From: Escherichia phage HansTraber_Bas100
Sequence record: PQ850605.1
Length of the DNA: 64,000 bases
Strand: one strand, 5' to 3'
Positions 38,873-48,242 of this stretch are shown piece after piece. Both the position numbers and the translations under genes were made by a program. The stretch's first letter is position 1. Every line of letters begins with the position of its first letter. Below the pieces are notes generated by a model. The model was not told the DNA's origin and searched no databases. It was given only the letters and a program-made list of their open reading frames with translations.

Positions 38873-39424
38873 TTATACGGTGTACGGAGTACCGTCTTGA
38901 TTCAAGCGCACGATGAATTTCAAATCGACGCCGATGATTTCACGCGTATCAAAGATCACATAGTTGTAACGACGTTGGCCAGCAATGTTTGGGTTGGTGT
39001 GAGAGTCAGTCACGACTTCCTGTGCAACCTGAATGCCTTCTTCGCTAAAGAACTTACGCCATTCGGCAAGTTCAACGGCAGTAACGTGCATGCCAAGATG
39101 GCTCACTTGATTGTCGTGCGCATCGAGCATTTCGATGTTTTCTTCAATCCAGTTACACCCTTTTGTATAGTCGAGAATTTCAAGCTCAAGAGGCTTACCA
39201 GCGCCGCCATCCGTGCCATTGCCAGACTGATAGTTGAAGCGCAAGTCAGCTTCATTGGTGCAATCGTCGCGACGACCTTTAAAGTCATCAGCTTCAAATA
39301 CGCGACCAGTAGCAACAACATGATCATGGAACCATTCTGTCAGGCCGATTTTAGCCAAGAAATCCTGTGCGCGCTGAGCATCTGGAATTGACAGGGCGAT
39401 TTGTTCAATTTTAAAATGTGGCAT
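38873..39424 (-). CDS. VOC/glyoxalase-like fold protein (tentative)
   Basis: N-terminal FKIEQIALSIPD..AQDFLAKIG pattern resembling glyoxalase/bleomycin-resistance fold. Confidence 0.35.
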   Translation of the reverse strand: MPHFKIEQIALSIPDAQRAQDFLAKIGLTEWFHDHVVATGRVFEADDFKGRRDDCTNEADLRFNYQSGNGTDGGAGKPLELEILDYTKGCNWIEENIEMLDAHDNQVSHLGMHVTAVELAEWRKFFSEEGIQVAQEVVTDSHTNPNIAGQRRYNYVIFDTREIIGVDLKFIVRLNQDGTPYTV

Positions 39425-39521
39425 TTTTGTTTCCTTAATTAAATATTATTGATTAATTACTGTGTTGTCTTCGTCCTGTTTCTTTTCAGGAGCGGGTGTG
39501 ACAACTTCAAATGTTCGTGAT

Positions 39522-40205
39522 TTATTTACCAAATGGAATATCAGTACCAGACATAAAGCGCCATGCGCCAGTAATTAAGATATGGCGAATGAAGTCGGCA
39601 ATTACTTGCGGCTCAGTCTCCAATCCATTCATCAATGCCTTTTTCTGGTATTCAGCGGCGTATTCAGGAGTCCAGCCGCGAGTCGCACAAACGGCATCTT
39701 CAATCTGTTTAGACATGCCGGTGCCGCGCAACTTGTTAGGACTAATAGAGAATACCGTGATGCCGTACTTAGGCGTAAGTTCGTGAGCCATCTGCTTGCT
39801 GATCATAAGCGCAGCAGCCTTGGATGCATTATAACACAAGCTGGACGTCATAGGAATATGCGCAGCGTTGGAAACGATGTTGATCACAAAGCCTTTGTTG
39901 TCGATAAGACTTTTCAGCGCAGCCTGAGTCGTGTTAACGAAAGAGAATGCGTTGGTGTGCATAACGCGGTTAAACTCTTCATAGTTTACATCTTCAAACC
40001 AATTGTTAGAGTTGACACCAGCACAGTTGATCAAGCCTTCAACATCATATGGGCTTAAAATTTCTTTCATCTGTTTAGCATCGCGGACGTCATATCCGTA
40101 TGCTGAATCGATGCCAAGCACGTTATGACCGTAAGCGCCAAGGGTGTCAAAAATAGATTTACCAAGACCGGAATTGGAACCTGTTACAACAATTACTTTT
40201 TTCAT
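39522..40205 (-). CDS. short-chain dehydrogenase/reductase (SDR)
   Basis: TGSNSGLGKS dinucleotide-binding motif, NCAG, catalytic YNASK (YxxxK). Confidence 0.75.
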   Translation of the reverse strand: MKKVIVVTGSNSGLGKSIFDTLGAYGHNVLGIDSAYGYDVRDAKQMKEILSPYDVEGLINCAGVNSNNWFEDVNYEEFNRVMHTNAFSFVNTTQAALKSLIDNKGFVINIVSNAAHIPMTSSLCYNASKAAALMISKQMAHELTPKYGITVFSISPNKLRGTGMSKQIEDAVCATRGWTPEYAAEYQKKALMNGLETEPQVIADFIRHILITGAWRFMSGTDIPFGK

Positions 40206-40271
40206 TTATTTATCCTTTTTTGGACTTCGTTTCGATGAGGTAAATATAACTCATCGAAACGCACAAGTAAA

Positions 40272-41147
40272 CTATTTATTGAAATTAATATTATGGGTGT
40301 TGACAAGACGTTCACACATGGCGCTATAAACACCATCGTCGTGTATCGAGTCTTCATGCTTCAGGCCGCTGATTGCGAAGCGTGTAAGCTTGACAATCTT
40401 AAGCTCGAACAGGTGCCACATGTGGTAGTCTTCCGGTGTCTTCAACGTTACGCCATTAGGGAACAACACCTGCATAACCTGACCTACCATCACAGCGTTA
40501 TCGCCATAAACGGCATTGCGCTCACGGAAGGTCGCGGCCATCGCATCAAGAATATCAGCAGCGGTTGCTGGGGCTTGTTGTTCAACTTCAACAAGTTTAG
40601 TCTCTTCTTTTCCTGTTGCACTTGGATCAACTGCTAATTGTTGCACCACTTCACCTGCCTTGCAAAGATTAAATGTAAAGGCGATTTTATTTTGCGCCAT
40701 GGAATTATAATGCAAAGCTTCTTCTTGCATCCGCGCGAGTACGTCTTGTCTATCTTCAAATACGTTGATTATTCGATAATCGCCGTGTCGCAATACATAC
40801 GATAACCATGCAGATTTCATAACAGTTGATGGACGCTTGTCGCCATGTTCTCTCATCTTGATTGTGAATTCATCAAAAGGGAAAACGTTGTCCAGACGTT
40901 CAAAAGTGACTTGTCTGTATTTTTCTGGTCTTGCAGTCCAATATTCGACCGCCTCACCGCGAAGTGATGCCGTCTCTACTGCTGACGCAATGTTAGGATA
41001 GAACTGATCATAACCAATGCCGCTGTGGTAATCATCATAGTCGGACAACGGGCCTGCCACCCTGATACGGTCTAAGCGCCAACGGTCATCAAACAGAGTT
41101 CCGTCAAGGTCGAATACGTTTAAGATTTGGTTATTTTTGATACTCAT
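40272..41147 (-). CDS. HAD-superfamily phosphatase fused to C-terminal domain of unknown function
   Basis: motif I VFDLDGTLFDD near N-terminus; 291 aa. Confidence 0.55.
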   Translation of the reverse strand: MSIKNNQILNVFDLDGTLFDDRWRLDRIRVAGPLSDYDDYHSGIGYDQFYPNIASAVETASLRGEAVEYWTARPEKYRQVTFERLDNVFPFDEFTIKMREHGDKRPSTVMKSAWLSYVLRHGDYRIINVFEDRQDVLARMQEEALHYNSMAQNKIAFTFNLCKAGEVVQQLAVDPSATGKEETKLVEVEQQAPATAADILDAMAATFRERNAVYGDNAVMVGQVMQVLFPNGVTLKTPEDYHMWHLFELKIVKLTRFAISGLKHEDSIHDDGVYSAMCERLVNTHNINFNK

Positions 41148-41947
41148 CCTTTTGATACTCCATCTTTGGCAACTGGATTATTGGTGATTGGCATCGCATC
41201 CCAAAACTGGATGCGCAACTCTTCTTGCTGTGCAGTGGTATCCATCCAATCACGATACCATGGGCAATGGGCCTTACCGTGACGAGGAAATGCGCACTTA
41301 CCCATACCGATGCACTGCGGCTGTAGTAAAGGATTGGCCCACGGGTGCACCTTAAGGACTTCCGCAACCATTGCACGGAATACTTCTTGATACTCGCCTT
41401 GAGTACGCGTGCACAAGCGGTTAGAGGCCATTTGTTGTAGAGTGCGCAAGTTGAACTTTGCCATGATATGCGTTTGCATATTAGAAGGCAACACGGCACG
41501 TGCATCTTGAATCTCTGCACCAGCCGCGCGAAGTTCTTGGTATAGGGCGTCAATGGTTGCCATTGCATCATCCCACTTCTCTGCAAGTTCAGCGGCCTTC
41601 TTGTCGTGACGAGTCCATCCCCTTGGATCATCCTCTGGGTAAGTGAATTTAGCAGGACGAATCGCATCAAATGCAGAAGATTCCTGAGCGCGGCTGGTGC
41701 GTTCTTGATATGCGCCTGTGCGTGTGCGTACCATCTGATGAGTCATATTCTTTGATACAGCGGTGATGTCAAAGATATAGTCCACAAAGTCAAAAGGCGA
41801 CTTGATGGTGTCAAGCATGTAGTGCCAATGCTCTTGCTTCTCTGATTCCGTCATCTCAGAGACAGGCTTACCAGTCATGCGCGTGCTCTTTGTTTCCAGC
41901 AAAAGGTCAAGTGCATCTTGGGTGTATCGAATTAATTCAACTTTCAT
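41144..41947 (-). CDS. thyX: ThyX-like flavin-dependent thymidylate synthase family protein
   Basis: segments PFDFVDYIFDITAVSKNMTHQMVRTRTGAYQERTSR and ARAVLPSNMQTHIMAKFNLRTL align to ThyX core; canonical RHR is RTR here. Confidence 0.65.
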   Translation of the reverse strand: MKVELIRYTQDALDLLLETKSTRMTGKPVSEMTESEKQEHWHYMLDTIKSPFDFVDYIFDITAVSKNMTHQMVRTRTGAYQERTSRAQESSAFDAIRPAKFTYPEDDPRGWTRHDKKAAELAEKWDDAMATIDALYQELRAAGAEIQDARAVLPSNMQTHIMAKFNLRTLQQMASNRLCTRTQGEYQEVFRAMVAEVLKVHPWANPLLQPQCIGMGKCAFPRHGKAHCPWYRDWMDTTAQQEELRIQFWDAMPITNNPVAKDGVSKG

Positions 41948-41960
41948 TTTAATTATCCTA

Positions 41961-42407
41961 TTAACGGTAATTTACTAGTTGCTGATCACCAGAGAAGGTG
42001 CAATGATAAACGAATTGTGCGTTATAAAGCAACTGAAAACTTTTCTTTGGTTCATTATTAGAACTCATTGATGTAAAGATTTCTGCACCAGAACGGTTTT
42101 CACCAATCAGGTTGATAAAGCCGCCAGTTGAACGAGGCTGAACGAAAGTGAAACGTTGCATCCAAGGAGTGCGGTTGGCACCTTTGCCTGTGAATCCTTG
42201 AATCTGAATATTCAGACCTTCTTGCTCGTTCACGCCGATGTAAGCCGTGATAGTTGCGCCAGTGGCTGCTGCGGTTTTACCGTCCATCGCTTCGCAATCA
42301 TACACAGCGATTGAATCGGAAGTACGGACAGCGGCTTCAGTCGCTTCCATATACATGGTGCCGAGAATAGCAGTTGCGGCAAGCGCGATTCCAGTGATTC
42401 GTTTCAT
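41961..42407 (-). CDS. secreted protein of unknown function
   Basis: N-terminal signal-peptide-like MKRITGIALAATAILGTMYMEATEA; 148 aa. Confidence 0.5.
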   Translation of the reverse strand: MKRITGIALAATAILGTMYMEATEAAVRTSDSIAVYDCEAMDGKTAAATGATITAYIGVNEQEGLNIQIQGFTGKGANRTPWMQRFTFVQPRSTGGFINLIGENRSGAEIFTSMSSNNEPKKSFQLLYNAQFVYHCTFSGDQQLVNYR

Positions 42408-42472
42408 TTTCGTTTCCTCTATGAGTTCTGCTTCAATGATTAAAGTATACGCCCATTGAAGCAGAAAGCAAA

Positions 42473-43468
42473 TTATTTATTAGCAATATAAGCAAATTTT
42501 TGATAGTTATTTGCTTTGATGAGTTTTTCAACTTCAACAAGGTCATGAGCGACATCATCAAGCAAAATGTTGCGCCAGGTAGCAAATCGACCGACACTAA
42601 ACACGTTCAAATCCATAGTCAGCTGCAGGAGTAGGGCGTGTCGCAAGTCCTTCGGAATGTCGACAATCTTGCCATATTTCTGGTCGACCTTTTCAACTTC
42701 TTCAAGAGTAATGTCACTCCATGAGAGGCCAAAGGCTGTCAACACTTCGTCGACTTCTGCGCGCAGCTTCATGTCGCGGTAACGAGTGATGCCGCCTGCG
42801 GCTTCAACTGCAGCTGCACTTACGCTGACCAAAGGAATGGTTTCGATGATAAGTGTGTCACCAGTGATTGATGCGCGGTAAGTTCTGACGGAGTAGTCAG
42901 GGAAGTAAATTGTCTGATACAACTCACACTTACGTTTAATCTTAAAGCGGTAAACACGAATGTTTGTTTTATCAAATGAAAAATCAAGCTTTTGATCAAT
43001 CCCAGCCAGCTTCATCATAACTGGAAGCGGCGACGTGTTGATGATTGGCGTCTCGCTATAGCCGCAAAGCGTGTCAACCGGAGTGTTAAAGAATATACGG
43101 TCCCCCAGTTTATCGACAAGCTGATCATAGAAGTCGTCTGGCGCAATATAACGCGTTGCAGTTTTAAGCTTCATGATTGAGCGGCTGCCAAACTGATTGG
43201 TGACCTTCATGGAATACATATTGGCAAGGTTGATTGGGCAATGGTCGTGATAGTAGTTACCGCGAAAATACACAGCCTTGTCAACTGTCACTGCCTTAAA
43301 AGGGATTCCGGTAATACGGCTTACTTCTTCGCCGCGAAAGCGTAGCAGCGCCTTGTGCTGTGGCGCTCGCTCCCCTGCTTCGTACACAATAGAGTTCGGG
43401 AAGTGACACGCGGTAATAAGTCCTGCCAAACCGCCGCCGATAATCATTACAGGTTGTTTCATGTTCAT
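42473..43468 (-). CDS. FAD/NAD(P)-binding oxidoreductase
   Basis: N-terminal Rossmann motif VMIIGGGLAGL (GxGxxG); 331 aa. Confidence 0.55.
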   Translation of the reverse strand: MNMKQPVMIIGGGLAGLITACHFPNSIVYEAGERAPQHKALLRFRGEEVSRITGIPFKAVTVDKAVYFRGNYYHDHCPINLANMYSMKVTNQFGSRSIMKLKTATRYIAPDDFYDQLVDKLGDRIFFNTPVDTLCGYSETPIINTSPLPVMMKLAGIDQKLDFSFDKTNIRVYRFKIKRKCELYQTIYFPDYSVRTYRASITGDTLIIETIPLVSVSAAAVEAAGGITRYRDMKLRAEVDEVLTAFGLSWSDITLEEVEKVDQKYGKIVDIPKDLRHALLLQLTMDLNVFSVGRFATWRNILLDDVAHDLVEVEKLIKANNYQKFAYIANK

Positions 43469-43546
43469 TTGTCCTTTGTGGGTGATATGAGAAGTATAAT
43501 AGCTAAATTATTTTACAGCAACAAGTCATTTCTATTTAGTACAGAC

Positions 43547-43574
43547 GAAAAAAGACCCACAACAAGTGTGGGTC
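43547..43574 (-). terminator. intrinsic terminator after K/A/E-repeat gene
   Basis: GACCCACA-acaag-TGTGGGTC perfect 8-bp stem, T6 run on - strand. Confidence 0.6.
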
Positions 43575-43602
43575 AATTACCGCTATATAACCGTCCTACA
43601 GG

Positions 43603-44442
43603 TTATTCCGCTTGATCACCGTCTTCAGCATCGTCGTTGGATTCAACATCGACAAACTCGATGTGGCCCATCTCTTCCAGCTTGCTCAGGTAGGAGCGAA
43701 CGGAAGCGCCAAACAGTTGATCTTTAACTTTCTCGCCCAGCTCATCGATAGACTGTGCCACGCCAACTTCGCCTTCTTTGATCGCAGCCAGAACGCGTCC
43801 ACGGGTGGAATGCTCTTGCGGCTGGCTCAGGCCATTACCAGTGTAGATGAAGTGAGTAGCTTTTGCACGACGCTGACCGTTTGCCTTTTTAGCAGCCTTA
43901 CGTTCTGCGATGGCTTTGCGACGTTCTTCAGCTTCTTTCTTACGCTGTTCTTTCTGCTGTTCTGCAGCTTCTTTCGCCGCAATCTTAGCAGCTTCACGCT
44001 CTGCCTTGCGTTTCGCTTTAGCTTCTTCTTTGGCCTTCTCTTTTTCGGCCTTCGCTGCAGCACGGGCTTGATCACGCTCTGCTTTCTTAGCAGCAGCTTG
44101 TTCAGCTTTCAGGCGCTTGGCTTCTTCTTTAGCCTTTGCCTTTTCGATTTCTTTCGCTGCTTTAGCGGCTTCACGCTCTGCTTTCTTAGCAGCGGCCTTT
44201 TCTGCACGCTCTTTAGCTTTCTTGGCTGCTTCTTCAGCACGCTTCTGAGCCTTCTCATCAGCAGCCTGCTTGCGTTTCAGCGCAGCTTCTTCACGCTTGG
44301 CTTGTTTTTCCTGCTCACGCTTCTGGCGTTTTTCTTCGGCTTCTTTCTTTTTAGCCAGGCGTTTTTCTTCAGCCACGCGACGACGTTCTGCTGCAGCTGC
44401 TTGTTTTTCTTCTTTAGATAATACTTTGATTGCTTCGGCCAT
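43603..44442 (-). CDS. K/A/E-rich repeat protein with structured C-terminal domain
   Basis: ATG 44442 with AAGGA RBS preferred over track GTG 44448; about 180 aa of KAEEAAKKAKERAEKAAAKK-type repeats. Confidence 0.6.
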   Translation of the reverse strand: MAEAIKVLSKEEKQAAAAERRRVAEEKRLAKKKEAEEKRQKREQEKQAKREEAALKRKQAADEKAQKRAEEAAKKAKERAEKAAAKKAEREAAKAAKEIEKAKAKEEAKRLKAEQAAAKKAERDQARAAAKAEKEKAKEEAKAKRKAEREAAKIAAKEAAEQQKEQRKKEAEERRKAIAERKAAKKANGQRRAKATHFIYTGNGLSQPQEHSTRGRVLAAIKEGEVGVAQSIDELGEKVKDQLFGASVRSYLSKLEEMGHIEFVDVESNDDAEDGDQAE

Positions 44443-44512
44443 GTTCACAGTCCTTAAATAAATTAGTTTATTTTATATTCCCCGTTTGGGATAACTTAAT
44501 TATGCCTTCAGT

Positions 44513-44545
44513 CGCCGCCAGTAGCAACTAAAAACTATGGCGGCG
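44513..44545. promoter_or_regulatory. stem-loop in intergenic region
   Basis: CGCCGCCA ... TGGCGGCG perfect 8-bp inverted repeat with 17-nt loop. Confidence 0.35.
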
Positions 44546-44601
44546 ATGCCACTTTAATTAAACTGATTTTCAGTTTTATTTTTCGTAAATTTACGTCAAC
44601 A

Positions 44602-45786
44602 TTAACGCGCTTTCAAATCACGGTACACGGTCAGATTCTTCTTAGCACGGGTGATTGCGGTGTACATCATCTTGGAGTACGGAACGCCGCGCAAGATTTC
44701 TTCCAGCACGCACACATTATCCCACTCGCTGCCTTGCGATTTGTGCACCGTGATGACATAGCCATAGTCCATCCCGCCAACAGCGCGTTGCGCTTCTTTG
44801 CGCACTTCCTGATCAGTAGAGAAGGAAAGAGGATTAATCTTAACCTTTATATCTTTACCATCAGTCAATGAACGCAAGTTGACATACATTATTTCATTCG
44901 ACTCATCTTCACCCCTTTCAAAGTCCGGCACTGGCTCATAGCCAATAACAATCCCTTGCTCGCCATTACAGAATCCTGGCCCGTGTTGGTTGAAGGTGCA
45001 AATAACCTTCTCGCCGATTCCTGGCATTGGTGTTATACGTCCGCTCACTTGCCGTAATAATGAATTCCATTTATCTTTGGTGCTATTATAGGAGCAAATA
45101 ATTTGATCATCTTCGCCCATGAATTTCTTCAATGCAGTAACGCGCGGCGATTCTGCCAATACTTTGACGTCATCGTATTCACGCGGAGGAAGGCGGTTGC
45201 CTTGGCGAACGAAGAAGGAAGCACGGATGATGTTGGACTCTTTCCCTTGCCGCATGATTTCTGTTAACAGTACGTCAACGGCTTCTTCGGTAAAGTAGGC
45301 GGCGGCTTTTACCGGAGGGACTTGTCCAATGTCGCCTAATGCCAGTACAGGGATGCGGTGATCAAGAAGGCGCTCTGTGTCCCACTCGCCAACCATTGAA
45401 GCTTCATCAAGGACGACAAGGAGCGGCTTTTCGTCAAGCTTTGACTTTCTCGAAAAGATTGGCTCATTGTCGTCATTCACGCCGCGCACGTTATAGATGA
45501 ACTGGTGAAGGGTCTTAGCGCCACGACAACCTTTCTGCTTTAATCGGCTTGCAGCCTTTCCGGTCGGCGCAATATAGATAGCGCCGTACTCACCGACACA
45601 ACGGCGCACAATCTCGCGAGCAATAGAGGTTTTACCAGTCCCTGCATAGCCAGCAATGAAAAACACGCGCTTCGTCGTTTTACCGTCCTGCAATCGCTTG
45701 TACCATGCAACGGCCTTCTCGATGGCATCGATTTGTTGCGCGTTAAACTGAATCACTGGCTCATCATTAAATTCTGGAATGTTCAT
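44602..45786 (-). CDS. Dda/RecD-like SF1B DNA helicase
   Basis: Walker A GYAGTGKTS, Walker B VVLDEASMV, C-terminal VHKSQGSEWD motif. Confidence 0.8.
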   Translation of the reverse strand: MNIPEFNDEPVIQFNAQQIDAIEKAVAWYKRLQDGKTTKRVFFIAGYAGTGKTSIAREIVRRCVGEYGAIYIAPTGKAASRLKQKGCRGAKTLHQFIYNVRGVNDDNEPIFSRKSKLDEKPLLVVLDEASMVGEWDTERLLDHRIPVLALGDIGQVPPVKAAAYFTEEAVDVLLTEIMRQGKESNIIRASFFVRQGNRLPPREYDDVKVLAESPRVTALKKFMGEDDQIICSYNSTKDKWNSLLRQVSGRITPMPGIGEKVICTFNQHGPGFCNGEQGIVIGYEPVPDFERGEDESNEIMYVNLRSLTDGKDIKVKINPLSFSTDQEVRKEAQRAVGGMDYGYVITVHKSQGSEWDNVCVLEEILRGVPYSKMMYTAITRAKKNLTVYRDLKAR

Positions 45787-46112
45787 TATAACTCCACTAC
45801 GCTTTCAAGGTCCAGATATACTGGAATAAAATGGCAATCTTCTTTTCGTTCAAACATCTCACCATCAACATGGCTGAAGAAAACAGTCGTGTTTGGTATC
45901 TTCCATCCTTTCTCGTCGCGCACTAAGTACGCCATGGATTCAACAGGGATGTACAGCGATACCGGATTTGCGGCAAAAATAAATTTGATTCTGTCTGGTT
46001 GACCCAGGAATCGCATAATTGTTAGGCTTGAGTTCAATCTTGTATTAAGGAAGGACTCAACGATGCCGACGTGTGTTGCACGTTCGCGTTGCTTCGTATC
46101 TTTTTCGTTCAT
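45786..46112 (-). CDS. hypothetical protein (108 aa)
   Basis: first gene of leftward operon; AAAGG RBS. Confidence 0.5.
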   Translation of the reverse strand: MNEKDTKQRERATHVGIVESFLNTRLNSSLTIMRFLGQPDRIKFIFAANPVSLYIPVESMAYLVRDEKGWKIPNTTVFFSHVDGEMFERKEDCHFIPVYLDLESVVEL

Positions 46113-46150
46113 TTCAGGCGACCTTTGTTAGTGCGGAAATATTTTCTGAT

Positions 46151-46179
46151 AGTATAATTGCAGATATAGTATAAAGCAA
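46151..46179 (-). promoter_or_regulatory. sigma70-like promoter (TTGCTT-17 bp-TATACT) for leftward operon
   Basis: hexamers read on - strand about 35 nt upstream of ATG 46112. Confidence 0.45.
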
Positions 46180-46215
46180 AGTAAATCGAAATTGTGAACT
46201 AAATGGTAAATATTG

Positions 46216-46243
46216 TTGACTTTGTATCACTCAATATTATACT
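46216..46243 (+). promoter_or_regulatory. sigma70-like promoter (TTGACT-16 bp-TATACT) for rightward operon
   Basis: hexamers about 30 nt upstream of ATG 46273. Confidence 0.5.
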
Positions 46244-46272
46244 GCAGGTATTGATCACCGAAGGAAAGAAAG

Positions 46273-47355
46273 ATGGCTAGTTTAAGAGAAGAAGCAAAAA
46301 TAATCGAAGAGTTTTTAACAGAACTCCAAAGAGGCATTCCAGAAGATGAGCGCGTCATGACGGTGTTTGCGCCTGAAGCAACGGTGCAGACTGACGAGCG
46401 CGGCAAGAAGATTAACAGCAGCTTCTGGCCTAAGCCTTGGAAGTTGGGCAAGCCGCTCATGCAGCACCAAAACGGCTATGCCTGCATCAGTTCAATGCGT
46501 AAGTCTCCCAACCCGAAGACGGGTGAGATGCGATACTGGCGTACAGAGTCAGCCTTTGGTCACGGTATGGCGATGATGGTCGACGACATCGGTCACGGTA
46601 AAGGGTCCAAAGGCGATTTAGATTTGGAATTCTTTTTCGAGCGACTGAAGCCGACTGTCATTGTCGAGACGTCACCGAACAACCACCAGCTGTGGTACTT
46701 CTTTAAAGAACCAATTGACCATCTTATTCAGTTCAAAGCATTCCTTGGGTCTTTCGTAAACATGGTACTCAAGAAGGGCGGCGACAACACGATTAAAGAC
46801 GTAACGCGCGTGGGCCGTGTTCCTGGGTGCATCAACAACAAGCGCGTGACTCACGACGGCCCCTATAAATATGTCGATGAGAACGGCGACCCGTTCCGCT
46901 GCCGACTTGTCCATGCAGATTACTCCTTGCGCTACACCATCGAAGACATTTGTCAGGCATTCGGCTTTCACGTTGTAATGCCGCAAAAGCGTGAGATTCA
47001 AATTGACGTCGATGAATACAAATACGATGCTGTTTGGTATAAGATAGCCCAGCAGATTCTAGCGCGCAACAAGATGGGTGAAGGGTCTGATGGCGACGTT
47101 ATCGAGAATATGTCAGGTAAGTGTCGCATAATCTGTCCTTGGGGTGAAGAGCACACCAACGGCGACCCGTATGGCGCTTACTTTCGCGGCCCTATTCCTG
47201 GTGCAGAACATGAATTTGTGTTCGGTTGCGCCCACGACTGTCACCGGAAAGGGGAAGGCAAGAAAGGTTGGACCGCTTTTGTTGAAGCAATCGTCATGCC
47301 TTATATTGAGAATCAACTTGACATGATAAATCGTCGTGCAGGTGGCATAAAATAG
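46273..47355 (+). CDS. primase-like replication protein with C-terminal Cys/His zinc-binding motif
   Basis: 360-aa first gene of rightward operon; MVDDIGHG acidic motif; CPWGEEH ... CAHDCH cluster. Confidence 0.4.
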   Translation: MASLREEAKIIEEFLTELQRGIPEDERVMTVFAPEATVQTDERGKKINSSFWPKPWKLGKPLMQHQNGYACISSMRKSPNPKTGEMRYWRTESAFGHGMAMMVDDIGHGKGSKGDLDLEFFFERLKPTVIVETSPNNHQLWYFFKEPIDHLIQFKAFLGSFVNMVLKKGGDNTIKDVTRVGRVPGCINNKRVTHDGPYKYVDENGDPFRCRLVHADYSLRYTIEDICQAFGFHVVMPQKREIQIDVDEYKYDAVWYKIAQQILARNKMGEGSDGDVIENMSGKCRIICPWGEEHTNGDPYGAYFRGPIPGAEHEFVFGCAHDCHRKGEGKKGWTAFVEAIVMPYIENQLDMINRRAGGIK

Positions 47356-47413
47356 TTTGCTTTTATTTTTATAGCAACTATAATCATTTTATGAACTGAA
47401 GCAGAGGTGGTTT

Positions 47414-47560
47414 ATGCAAAGCGAAGAATTGAACATCGAGGTTGAAGGTCTGTTAAAGGCGTTAGAACCTAAACCAGTAGAGCTTCCGACCCTTCAAGGC
47501 GTCATGGCTCACCATCAAGCGGCTGCGGCCCAATACTACTCTGAATTTGTTAAGGAATAA
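47414..47560 (+). CDS. small hypothetical protein (48 aa), not in ORF track
   Basis: GAGGTGG RBS 4 nt before ATG; translated by hand. Confidence 0.35.
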   Translation: MQSEELNIEVEGLLKALEPKPVELPTLQGVMAHHQAAAAQYYSEFVKE

Positions 47561-47563
47561 AAG

Positions 47564-47854
47564 ATGAACGAACCAAAAATGATGACCGTTGAAGAAGCAC
47601 AAAAGCTTCGTGTTGAAAACGAGCTTAAGCTTGTCAACCAGATTCTCCCCTTGTTTGCAGGCTACGCAGTGGAGGAAGTTGTTGGTGCAATCCTTAACGT
47701 ATCAACGCATGTCGCTATGAATCTTCAGGCCGAGCGATTCAACACACTTCTGACTATTAAAGACCTTACCGTCAGCGCAACGTTCACTGTTGAGCCAGTC
47801 AATTTTGACGAAGCTTCAGCCGCGATTCAACAGCAAAGAGATCAAGAGGTGTAG
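47564..47854 (+). CDS. hypothetical protein (96 aa)
   Basis: ATG 3 nt after upstream stop. Confidence 0.5.
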   Translation: MNEPKMMTVEEAQKLRVENELKLVNQILPLFAGYAVEEVVGAILNVSTHVAMNLQAERFNTLLTIKDLTVSATFTVEPVNFDEASAAIQQQRDQEV

Positions 47855-47855
47855 C

Positions 47856-48119
47856 ATGGGCGCTTTCCGTAACGAGTTCATCTGGAACGTTACCAGCAAT
47901 CTCTCGACTTGTCCTAACTGTGCGAGCGATGTTATCAAGGTGCGGCAGCATCGCAACGCGGAGGAAGGTGCCTGGGAAGATGGCGACCTTGTAGAGTGCC
48001 AGTGCTGCTCTCATGAAGGTGTTGTGGAGCTTTACGCTGGCGAAGGTTGCCCACCAGCAGAACGCACAGCACGCGTTGAATGGGATGCGACAGACTCCAT
48101 TGGTGATCCTCAACAGTAA
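47856..48119 (+). CDS. small zinc-ribbon-like protein
   Basis: ATG 47856 with AAGAGGTG RBS; CPNC ... CQCCSHEG cysteine pairs. Confidence 0.5.
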   Translation: MGAFRNEFIWNVTSNLSTCPNCASDVIKVRQHRNAEEGAWEDGDLVECQCCSHEGVVELYAGEGCPPAERTARVEWDATDSIGDPQQ

Positions 48120-48137
48120 ATTTAGGTATAGATACTT

Positions 48138-48242
48138 ATGAAAGCCGTAAAGAAATACACATTAATCATTTCCCTTGTTATCATCCTGGGGCTATTATAT
48201 GTATTGGATATGGCATATTATTTGGCAGGGGTGAGCGGATGA
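48138..48242 (+). CDS. small hydrophobic peptide (34 aa), not in ORF track
   Basis: single hydrophobic stretch LIISLVIILGLLYVL; ATGA overlap with next gene; weak RBS. Confidence 0.3.
   Translation: MKAVKKYTLIISLVIILGLLYVLDMAYYLAGVSG

Noticed and set aside
43612-44421. 269-aa + strand ORF opposite the K/A/E-repeat gene
   Set aside because: Low-complexity Phe/Leu/Ser-rich translation produced by reading the repeat on the opposite strand; the - strand frame has an RBS and terminator.
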